DNA from: an uncultured Candidatus Saccharibacteria bacterium
Lineage (GTDB): Bacteria; Patescibacteriota; Minisyncoccia; JBAYJV01
Length of the DNA stretch: 42,913 nucleotides
Assembly (NCBI GenBank): GCA_964398685.1
Contig: CAYNNF010000004.1
Span: forward strand, 12,515 to 55,427
Direction: 5' to 3'
The notes beneath the pieces were generated by a model, which did no database searches, had not been told where the DNA came from, and was given only the letters and a program-made list of their open reading frames with translations. Below, in pieces: positions 35,087-42,913 of this stretch. Position numbers and translations under genes: made by a program. Numbering within the stretch: position 1 is the first letter of the stretch; each line of letters starts with the position of its first letter.

Positions 35087-35344
35087 ATGGAAATAATTTA
35101 TAGTTCAAAATTTGCCCGTGAATACAAAAAACTTTCTAAAACTATTAGAAATATTGCCGAACGGCGAGAAAAAATATTCCGTCAAAATCCCTTTGATCCC
35201 AAGCTTGAAACTCATAAATTAAAAGGCAAGCTCAGCGGATTTTTATCTTTTTCAATTGGTCATAAATACAGAATAATTTTTGAGTTTTCTAAGGATAAAA
35301 AAACAATATATTTCCACTCGGTTGGTAGTCACGATATCTATTAA
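35087..35344 (+). CDS. RelE/YafQ family mRNA interferase toxin
   Basis: SSKFAREYKKL, THKLKGKL, YRIIF, VGSHDIY. Confidence 0.9.
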   Translation: MEIIYSSKFAREYKKLSKTIRNIAERREKIFRQNPFDPKLETHKLKGKLSGFLSFSIGHKYRIIFEFSKDKKTIYFHSVGSHDIY

Positions 35345-35346
35345 TC

Positions 35347-35375
35347 AAAAAAAGCAGGGAATTCCCCGCTTTTTT
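35347..35375. terminator. Bidirectional intrinsic terminator at the island end
   Basis: A7-GCAGGGA-AT-TCCCCGC-T6. Confidence 0.7.
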
Positions 35376-35500
35376 GGTATATTATTATTTATTTTAAATC
35401 AAAACTCTCCGATGTTTTAAACCAAGATTCTGACAAAGATAGATTCTCTTATTTTGTCGGAGGTTCTTATTTTTCAACCCTTGAGAAAATAGCCCGGCGA

Positions 35501-36034
35501 TTATCCAGGAAAGTTTACAACCGCATCATTAATTATAGGACATTGAATTAGCAATTTATATTGAAGCAGTTTTGACACGATTAAGAAATCCTCTATTTCT
35601 GAAGAAGTTTTTTCTGGACCAACGAGAATCTCGCTAGCTTCTTCAAGGGTATATTTTAGATATTGAGACAAAGTGGCGCTGTCTGCTTGATGTCTAAGAT
35701 AAACTACGATTTTTTCAAACTCTTCCTTATCTAACCAAATACCATTGCATTTTTTACAAACATCTATTTTAATATCGGATTTTCCATATTCAATTTCGTA
35801 AAGTGGCAAATTGCATTTAGGACATTCTTTTTGACTTGGCGACGCTTTAAACTTTTCTTTATCTTTCCATAAGTCAATATCCAGCCATTTTAAATACTTG
35901 TCTTTCTGATCCTTAGCTTTTCTTAATTCGTCTGCTTCAAACCATATTCCGGAACATTTTTTACATTTATCAACTTTAACTTTATGAAATAAAACTTCTT
36001 TAAGTTCATTTTTCTTACATTTGGGACAGATCAT
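35501..36034 (-). CDS. Tandem zf-TFIIB zinc-ribbon protein
   Basis: Two CPKC...D.CKKC.GIW repeats. Confidence 0.85.
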   Translation of the reverse strand: MICPKCKKNELKEVLFHKVKVDKCKKCSGIWFEADELRKAKDQKDKYLKWLDIDLWKDKEKFKASPSQKECPKCNLPLYEIEYGKSDIKIDVCKKCNGIWLDKEEFEKIVVYLRHQADSATLSQYLKYTLEEASEILVGPEKTSSEIEDFLIVSKLLQYKLLIQCPIINDAVVNFPG

Positions 36035-36079
36035 AATTAAAAAAATACAAATTAGAATCTTAGTTTTTATTCATTTTTT

Positions 36080-37624
36080 TTACTTTATTCTCGGAAAGAG
36101 CGGTTGGATAGACTTTATTTTCTCTCCTTGTTTTATATTTGTGTAACTGTTTTTATTGAGTGGATTTTTGACGAGTAATTTTTCTATTCTAAGCGTTTTT
36201 GCTATTTTTAATGAAGTTTCGGGCAGAAAGGGATAAATTTGCCAAGCAATTTGGCAAAGAGCATCAAGTAAGCCATAGAGCGCCCAACTAAGATCTTCTG
36301 TTTTTCCTTCTTTTGCCAGTTTCCAGGGTTTTGTTTTTTCAATATATTTATCGGCTTCCGAAATAAATTTCCAAATAGACGCTAAGGCAACGCTTAAATC
36401 GTAATTTTCAATATTTTCATCAATGTCTTTCCAGGCATTTTTCCAGTTATAAATCTTGCTTATTCTGAGCGGATGAGTTTCGGGGTCTTTTTTTATTATT
36501 GGCACTTTTCCTTTGCAATATTTTTCAACCATTTTAAGAACGCGGGAAATTAAATTTCCAAGCCCAGAGGCCAGATCGGCATTATAGGACTCATTAAATT
36601 TTTCATAAGCAAAATCACCATCGCCAGTAGTTGGAATTTCTTTTAATAAGTAATAACGGAGCGCGTCTACGCCATATTTTTCGATTAATTTAAAAGGATC
36701 AACAACATTACCAAGACTTTTTGACATTTTTTGACCACCTGACGAGATAAAGCCGTGAACCAAGAGAGTTCTGGGCAATGGTAGTCCTGTTGCCAAAAGT
36801 ATTCCCGGCCAAATAAGAGCGTGAAACCTTAGAATATCCTTTCCAATAATCTGAACTTCAGCAGGCCAATACTTCTTAAAATTCTTATCATTTTCCGATC
36901 CATAACCAAGAGCAGTTATATAATTAGAAAGAGCGTCAGCCCAAACATAGATAGTTTGAGAAGCATCGCTAGGAACAGGGATACCCCAATCAAGCGACGA
37001 CGATGGTCTAGAAAAGCTGACGTCTTGAACGCCGTCCTTGATAAAAGCAAAGAGTTCTCTTTTTCTTACTTCGGGCACGATCTCAATCTTATTACTTTTA
37101 ATAAGTTTTCTTATTTGATCGCCAAATTTTGAAAGTCTAAAGAAATAATTTTCTTCATTTATTTTTTCTGGCTGTTTTTGGTGAATTTTACATTTGCCAT
37201 CTTTGTTTAGATCTTTTTTTGTAATAAAAGCTTCACAACCAGCACAATAAAGACCTTCGTACTCTTTTTTATAAATACTATCTGATTCTTCGAGAAGTTT
37301 CCAAATTTTAACTACTCCAGGCCAGTGTCTTTTTTTGTCAGTTGTTCTTATAAAATCATTATTAGAAATATTGAGAATTTTTATTAATTCTTTAACTTTA
37401 GCAGAATTTTTATCAACTAATTCTTGGGAAGTAATGCCTGCTTCCTCCGCGGTTTTTTTATTTTTTACACCATTTTCATCTGTGCCGGTTAAATAATAAA
37501 CATCTTCTCCTTTAAGCATATGGTAGCGCGCCAAAACATCAGCTTGCGTTAATTCAAGCGCAAAACCAATGTGAGGAGCAGCGTTTGTGTAAACTATTGA
37601 GGTTGTGATATAGAATTTTTTCAT
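36080..37624 (-). CDS. metG: Methionine--tRNA ligase (short form)
   Basis: YITT, PHIG, GTDE, YVWADAL, GKDILRFH, KMSKS. Confidence 0.97.
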   Translation of the reverse strand: MKKFYITTSIVYTNAAPHIGFALELTQADVLARYHMLKGEDVYYLTGTDENGVKNKKTAEEAGITSQELVDKNSAKVKELIKILNISNNDFIRTTDKKRHWPGVVKIWKLLEESDSIYKKEYEGLYCAGCEAFITKKDLNKDGKCKIHQKQPEKINEENYFFRLSKFGDQIRKLIKSNKIEIVPEVRKRELFAFIKDGVQDVSFSRPSSSLDWGIPVPSDASQTIYVWADALSNYITALGYGSENDKNFKKYWPAEVQIIGKDILRFHALIWPGILLATGLPLPRTLLVHGFISSGGQKMSKSLGNVVDPFKLIEKYGVDALRYYLLKEIPTTGDGDFAYEKFNESYNADLASGLGNLISRVLKMVEKYCKGKVPIIKKDPETHPLRISKIYNWKNAWKDIDENIENYDLSVALASIWKFISEADKYIEKTKPWKLAKEGKTEDLSWALYGLLDALCQIAWQIYPFLPETSLKIAKTLRIEKLLVKNPLNKNSYTNIKQGEKIKSIQPLFPRIK

Positions 37625-38289
37625 TGATTGATAACAACAACAAACTCACCCTTCATTTTACCAGCTTCAAGTTCTTCCAAAACACTTTTGGGGTGACCGC
37701 GATAGATTGTCTCAAATTTCTTTGTTAACTCTCTGCCCAATATAATTTCTTCTACTCCTAAGTCAATAAGTTCTAAAAGAAACTTTCTAATTCGGTGGAC
37801 CGATTCATAAACAACGACAGGAAGTTCTGATTCAACGATCATGGTTAAGAATTTTTTACGTTTCTTTTTCTTGGGCAAAAAGCCTAAAAATAAAAATCGG
37901 TTTACATTTATACCAGAAACAGAAAGGAGAGAAGTAAGAGCTGAGGCTCCTGGGACAGGAATGATTTCAACATTATTACCAAGGGCATCCAAAATCCTTT
38001 TAACTAATTTTCCACCAGGATCAGAAATTCCAGGCGTACCGGCCTCTGAAACATAGGCAATATTTTTATTATTCCTCAAATCATCAATTACTCGGGTAAA
38101 ATCGCTCTCTTGAGCCCTTTCATTGAGTTTTCTTAAGGGGATTGAGATTTCGTAGCGAGCAAAAAGCCTTTTTGTTATCAAGGGCTTTTCTGACAAAACA
38201 ATGTCAACTTTTTTTAAAACCTCAAGCGCTCTTAGAGTAATATCCTCTAAATTTCCTATTGGTGTTGCGATCAAATACAGTTTTGCCAT
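37621..38289 (-). CDS. rsmI: 16S rRNA C1402 2'-O-methyltransferase
   Basis: LYLIATPIGNLEDIT, AGTPGISDPG, GFLP, RELTKKFE. Confidence 0.96.
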   Translation of the reverse strand: MAKLYLIATPIGNLEDITLRALEVLKKVDIVLSEKPLITKRLFARYEISIPLRKLNERAQESDFTRVIDDLRNNKNIAYVSEAGTPGISDPGGKLVKRILDALGNNVEIIPVPGASALTSLLSVSGINVNRFLFLGFLPKKKKRKKFLTMIVESELPVVVYESVHRIRKFLLELIDLGVEEIILGRELTKKFETIYRGHPKSVLEELEAGKMKGEFVVVINQ

Positions 38290-38291
38290 AA

Positions 38292-39323
38292 TTATTTAGA
38301 TTTTATTTTTTGAAAAGCGTCTATATCAAAAATATCACCAGAGAATTCATTTAAAAGCATTGCAATAGGAATTGCCATAACCATTCCAGTAATGCCAGCT
38401 AATTTTGCGCCAACTAATAGGGCCAATATGGTTATAACAGGATTAAGTCCGACGGTTTTCTGCATAATTTTTGGTACCAAAAGATTGTTTTCTAATTGCT
38501 GGACAACAATATATAGAATTAAAGTCATCAGTCCTAGAAGGGGCGATCTGGTAAGGGCAATCAAAATGGCGGGAACAGCCGAGAGGATTGGCCCCACTGT
38601 TGGAATTAATTCAAACATAGCGGCCAAGAGAGACAAACCAATAGCGTATGGGACGCCTATAATAGTCAAGCCAATAAATGTCATACAACCAACAATTAAT
38701 CCTAATAAAAGTTGCGAACCAAACCAACGGCTCAATCTTGCCTGAGCCCTTTCCCACACCGTAATAGCGTACCCTTCTTTGCTTTTCGGAGTAATCGCCC
38801 TTAAAAATTTTTTTACACCCTCTTCTTCAATAGACAGATAAAACGACAAAATGAAAACAAAGAAAAAAGAAGCAATTCTGCCAACGACATTGCCCGTAAA
38901 GGAAAAGAAATCAATTTGCATTTGACCTAGTTTGTTGCTCATATTCAAGAAAAATTCCTGTAGTTGAGTTTCATTTGTAGCCAGACTAGTAAAAATATTA
39001 CTGATGCCCGAACTTATTCTTGGAATGAAGTTAGAAAATTGCCTTAATTCATTTGCCAATGGAGTCACGACTAAAGTAAGGACTCCGCCAATGAAAATAA
39101 CAACCGAAATGTAAACGATAATGACCCCAAAGGTTCGTGGAATGTGATGCTTTTTAAGCCAACTAGCTGGAACGCCAACTGTTGACGCCACAATCAAGGC
39201 AAAAAATAACATTACCAAGACGTCTTTGATCAAATAAGCAAATAGAAATAATAAGACAATGGCTAATCCCTTTAAGATCGCGCTAGGCGATATTTCTATG
39301 GTTTGTTTTTGGATTGTTTTCAT
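38292..39323 (-). CDS. AI-2E (PerM) family transporter
   Basis: IPTVGP, VQQLENNLLVPKIM, GLNP; multiple TM segments. Confidence 0.92.
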   Translation of the reverse strand: MKTIQKQTIEISPSAILKGLAIVLLFLFAYLIKDVLVMLFFALIVASTVGVPASWLKKHHIPRTFGVIIVYISVVIFIGGVLTLVVTPLANELRQFSNFIPRISSGISNIFTSLATNETQLQEFFLNMSNKLGQMQIDFFSFTGNVVGRIASFFFVFILSFYLSIEEEGVKKFLRAITPKSKEGYAITVWERAQARLSRWFGSQLLLGLIVGCMTFIGLTIIGVPYAIGLSLLAAMFELIPTVGPILSAVPAILIALTRSPLLGLMTLILYIVVQQLENNLLVPKIMQKTVGLNPVITILALLVGAKLAGITGMVMAIPIAMLLNEFSGDIFDIDAFQKIKSK

Positions 39324-39329
39324 AAAAAT

Positions 39330-40604
39330 TTATTTAAAAATTAAATAATCATTAATTAATTGAGGAATTTCCTTTTTCGGGGCAATAATACCTAAATTTA
39401 AGTGTTTTTCTATAAAAATTTCTCTAGCAATTACCCTAATATCTTGAGGAGTAATCTTATTTAACTCTTCAAAGACTTCTTCTGGCAATTGTATTTTTGC
39501 TTTAAGCAGTTCTTGTCTTCCCAGAAAAGCAGCAACACTATCAGATGTTTCGAGCGCAAGAAGAGTTATCCCTTTTATATAATCCTTAACTTTATTTAAT
39601 TCTTTTTTATCTACAAGGTCCTCTTTTAATCGCTTAAATTCTTTTAAGATTAATTTTATTACTTTTTCTATATTTTGGTGACTAATGCCTGCTTGAACCA
39701 TTAAACATCCAGTATCAGTGTAACTTTCTTGATTTGACCCAATATAATAACAAAGACCTTCTTTTTCTCTAATATTTATAAAAAGTCTCGAACTCATTCC
39801 ACCCCCAAGAATTGTTTCTAAGAGGGCGAGAGCGTAGCGTTTTTGACTGAATATATCATAACTTCTAACACCCAAACACAGATGGGTTTGATCGGTTTGT
39901 TTAAAATGAATTAATGAAGACGCCCTAAGCTGAGATTCTTTAATAGGGTCCCTATCCTTTGTGATTTGTTTAGGATAATTATTGAAATAATCTTTTATAA
40001 GACGAAGTGTTTTTTGAGAATCAATTTTTCCAGAAACCACTAAAACAGAATTTTTACTACTATAATGCTTTTTTAAATAATCAACAAAATCCTTTCTTTT
40101 AAAAGATGAAACATTTTTTTTGGTACCAATAACATCCCAACCCGCCGGTGTTCCTTTATAAAGAAGTTGCTCAAACAATTCACCAACATAAACCGTTGGG
40201 GTATCTTGATAAAGTTTAATTTCTTCCAAGATGACCTTTTTTTCTTTTTCAATTTCTTTTTCATTCATTTGAGAATTGAGTAATATATCTGACAATACAT
40301 CAAGAGCTAAAGACAAGTGAAAATAAGCGAGTTTAACATAAAATCCGGTATATTCTTTTCCCGTAAAAGCGTTATAAATGCCGCCTACTTTGTCTAAAGT
40401 TTCTGATATGGCAAAAGTGCTTGGGCGCTTCACGGTTCCTTTAAAAAACATATGTTCTAAAAAGTGAGATATGCCATTGTTCTCCTGACTTTCATTTTTA
40501 GACCCAGTATTCACCAAGAGTAAGACCGTGACAGTCTCGGTACTTTCAAGAGGAGCCAAGATAACTCGTAAACCGTTGTTTAGTTTATGTTTTGTATAAT
40601 TCAT
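39330..40604 (-). CDS. M16B (pitrilysin) family zinc peptidase
   Basis: GISHFLEHMFFKGT inverted zincin motif, NAFT, SSRLF..IRE..GL.Y. Confidence 0.95.
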   Translation of the reverse strand: MNYTKHKLNNGLRVILAPLESTETVTVLLLVNTGSKNESQENNGISHFLEHMFFKGTVKRPSTFAISETLDKVGGIYNAFTGKEYTGFYVKLAYFHLSLALDVLSDILLNSQMNEKEIEKEKKVILEEIKLYQDTPTVYVGELFEQLLYKGTPAGWDVIGTKKNVSSFKRKDFVDYLKKHYSSKNSVLVVSGKIDSQKTLRLIKDYFNNYPKQITKDRDPIKESQLRASSLIHFKQTDQTHLCLGVRSYDIFSQKRYALALLETILGGGMSSRLFINIREKEGLCYYIGSNQESYTDTGCLMVQAGISHQNIEKVIKLILKEFKRLKEDLVDKKELNKVKDYIKGITLLALETSDSVAAFLGRQELLKAKIQLPEEVFEELNKITPQDIRVIAREIFIEKHLNLGIIAPKKEIPQLINDYLIFK

Positions 40605-41194
40605 CAGAGCGGAAGAAAATTCATTTTATAATAAATTTTTCGAGTTAATTCTACATCCTTTTTGCAATATTCATAGATTTCATCAAATTGTTTTTTTAAA
40701 TATTTGCCATATACTTCTGAACCGCACATTTTATCTTTAGAAGTTTGAAACCCAAAAATTTTAGCCAGAGTGTCCAGAGAAGTTGCGCTTCTCATAGACC
40801 ATTTTTCCCATTCTCTCATAGTGTCGTAAATTGGTTCAGACCTATATCGCACGAAGTTAAGGAGTCTACTTGGCTTAATATCGTGGATAACGGATCTCTT
40901 ATAAATAAAATTTAAATCAAAATCCATTACATTATGACCAATGAAAATATCAACATCGCGAGCAATTTCCCAAAACTTCTCCAAAATTTCTTTTTCTTCT
41001 CCATTAATAATATCTGCCCTATTAGATTCAGGCGGTTCTTTAATATAGGCAATGCAAAAAATACGGCCAAAATTGCCATTAAGACTGGTGTTTTTAAAAG
41101 CCTCATCTTTTTTATCCTTGGATAGGCTTTCGATGAATTCTCTCTTGGATTCGTCGGCAGGGATGGTCTCAATGTCAAATATTAAACGGGTCAT
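40604..41194 (-). CDS. Stand-alone PolB-like DEDDy 3'-5' exonuclease
   Basis: FDIET, GHNVMDFD, YDTM, YCKKDV. Confidence 0.88.
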   Translation of the reverse strand: MTRLIFDIETIPADESKREFIESLSKDKKDEAFKNTSLNGNFGRIFCIAYIKEPPESNRADIINGEEKEILEKFWEIARDVDIFIGHNVMDFDLNFIYKRSVIHDIKPSRLLNFVRYRSEPIYDTMREWEKWSMRSATSLDTLAKIFGFQTSKDKMCGSEVYGKYLKKQFDEIYEYCKKDVELTRKIYYKMNFLPL

Positions 41195-41310
41195 AAAATT
41201 AAATTATTAATAAATTAACTAGCTATTAGCATTTAATAATATTTTACCAATAAAAAAAGACTAAAGCAATTTACGGTAGTTATTCTAAAAAACATTTACA
41301 ACAATAGATT

Positions 41311-41691
41311 TTAGGTGAAAAATTGACTTAGAATTTTATCTTTTTTAAATTTCTCAATATTTTTGTTTACTTGTTTATAAAATTTAGGATAATGGGAACG
41401 GTTAATAATATTTCCTCGCCAAAGTTGTCTATATGGCGGTTTTTGAGCATGGGCAAGTTCATGGGCCAATGTTCTCAAAATAACGCTTGGTTTTTTTAGT
41501 TTTCTGGTGCGCGGAGTATAAAGATCTAAAACGAGTTTTTTTGTTTTTAAATTGATATAAGCAATGCGAAAAGATTTTTTTATATCTTTAATTGGATTTT
41601 TGCGCTTCATTGGCTGGAATTTGAAATTCGCAATGTCTAAAATCTTACAAGCGCGCCTGAAAAGAAATTGGCCCAATTCTTCTTGAGTCAT
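41311..41691 (-). CDS. Small basic HExxH metallopeptidase-like protein (SprT/WLM-like)
   Basis: TLAHELAH with a downstream H..KF; overlaps the metK stop by 4 nt. Confidence 0.7.
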   Translation of the reverse strand: MTQEELGQFLFRRACKILDIANFKFQPMKRKNPIKDIKKSFRIAYINLKTKKLVLDLYTPRTRKLKKPSVILRTLAHELAHAQKPPYRQLWRGNIINRSHYPKFYKQVNKNIEKFKKDKILSQFFT

Positions 41692-42857
41692 ATCTTAAAA
41701 TGCTTCTTAAGCGCTTCTACTTTATTAGTTTTTTCCCAGGGAAGATCAAGATCGGGACGGCCAAAATGTCCATAACAAGCAACTTTTTGATAAATCGGAC
41801 GTCTTAAATCTAAATTCTTAATAATTGCGCCCGGCCTTAAATCAAAAACTTTCTTAATCACTTCTAAAATTTCTTTATCAGGCTTTCTTCCTGTTTCAAA
41901 AGTATCAATATTAATCGCCAAGGGCTCAGCAACGCCGATAGCATAAGCAATCTGAAATTCACACTTTTCTGCTAAACCTGAGGCCACTATATTTTTAGCA
42001 ACCCATCTTGCGGCATAAGAGCCCGATCTATCAACTTTAGTGCTATCTTTTCCGCTTAAGCAGCCGCCTCCGTGGGAACCAACGCCGCCATAAGTATCAA
42101 CGATGATTTTTCGACCGGTAAGCCCTGTATCGGCCGCAGGCCCACCCTTAACAAATCTTCCCGTCGGGTTAACTAAATATTGAACATTTCTTGTTAAAAG
42201 TTTTTTGGGCAAGATTGGCAAGATTACTTTTTCTATAATATCTGTCTTAAGCTTACTTAACTTAATATCTGGATTATGCTGAGCCGAAATTAAAACCGTA
42301 TGAATACTTTTTGGCTTTCCCTTTACATATTCAATCGTTATTTGAGATTTACCATCAGGTCTTAAATAAGGAAGGATGCCCTTTTTACGAACTTCACTCA
42401 ATCTTTTGGCCAGCTTATGAGCCAAAGCAATGGGAAGGGGCATAAGTTCAGGAGTTTCTTTGGTGGCATAGCCATACATAATGCCTTGATCGCCAGCGCC
42501 AAGTCCAAGAATATCTTGACTATTAACGCCTTGAGCAATATCACCGGACTGTTCTTGAATAGCGCAAACTATTCCACAAGTTTCCCAATCAAAGCCCAGA
42601 GATGAATTAGTATAGCCAATATTTTTAACCACTCTTCTGACAACCTTAGGGACTTCAATGTAGGTTTTAGTTGTCATTTCGCCGGCGATAACAACCAAGC
42701 CGTTGGTCAAAAGCGTTTCAATTGCGACTCTTCCTTCGGGGTCATTTTTCAAAACCTCGTCTAAAATTGCATCGGATATTTGATCGGCCATCTTATCGGG
42801 ATGACCCTCGGTAACAGATTCTGAAGTTAAAAGACAATCGCCATTAATATTTTTCAT
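41688..42857 (-). CDS. metK: S-adenosylmethionine synthetase
   Basis: [46 protein letters not shown]. Confidence 0.99.
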   Translation of the reverse strand: MKNINGDCLLTSESVTEGHPDKMADQISDAILDEVLKNDPEGRVAIETLLTNGLVVIAGEMTTKTYIEVPKVVRRVVKNIGYTNSSLGFDWETCGIVCAIQEQSGDIAQGVNSQDILGLGAGDQGIMYGYATKETPELMPLPIALAHKLAKRLSEVRKKGILPYLRPDGKSQITIEYVKGKPKSIHTVLISAQHNPDIKLSKLKTDIIEKVILPILPKKLLTRNVQYLVNPTGRFVKGGPAADTGLTGRKIIVDTYGGVGSHGGGCLSGKDSTKVDRSGSYAARWVAKNIVASGLAEKCEFQIAYAIGVAEPLAINIDTFETGRKPDKEILEVIKKVFDLRPGAIIKNLDLRRPIYQKVACYGHFGRPDLDLPWEKTNKVEALKKHFKI

Positions 42858-42913
42858 TTAATTTTTTCTTAATAATACTTTTTAAATCTTTTATTTTTAT
42901 TCTTTCTTGTTTC

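Noticed and set aside
26700-35375. Island 2 as a prophage or IS-bounded transposon
   Set aside because: No phage, integrase or transposase genes, and no terminal repeats were found
35405-35465. Imperfect hairpin downstream of the zf-TFIIB gene as an ncRNA
   Set aside because: Weak AT-rich pairing with no recognisable family and no second copy
5472-42605. Many 60-120 aa ORFs antisense or out of frame within long genes (e.g. 7468-7830, 14546-14848, 24684-24956, 38392-38745)
   Set aside because: They overlap well-supported genes and show no motifs, so they are shadow ORFs
42858-42913. SAM riboswitch upstream of metK
   Set aside because: Only 56 nt of AT-rich sequence are available, with no structure visible

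Overview
AT-rich bacterial chromosome segment containing the probable replication origin (dnaA-dnaN-dciA). Gene content and style (short TruB, N-terminally reduced MurE, few Shine-Dalgarno sites, standard code 11) suggest a Patescibacteria/CPR (Parcubacteria-like) genome; this is inference. Housekeeping genes include mutM, holA, rpsT, truB, a FemAB-family protein, murE, tyrS, lexA, xseAB, tatD, metG, rsmI and metK. Two accessory islands interrupt them. Island 1 (about 1.2-6.8 kb) is a defence island: radC, a Phd/YefM-RelE toxin-antitoxin pair, a collapsed Type III mod relic, a two-methyltransferase R-M locus and an RNase H-fold protein with an unknown C-terminal domain. Three of its units sit behind copies of a shared hairpin-plus-promoter module. 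Island 2 (about 26.7-35.4 kb) lies on the opposite strand between metG and tatD. It holds co-oriented genes separated by decayed attC-like repeats, with no integrase in the window. Short palindromic and 7-mer repeats occur throughout and also sit inside coding sequences. One palindrome appears to have replaced the C-terminal zinc-finger ligands of MutM while keeping the CxxC motif. No rRNA, tRNA or CRISPR array was seen. All family assignments come from motif recognition by eye, without database searches.
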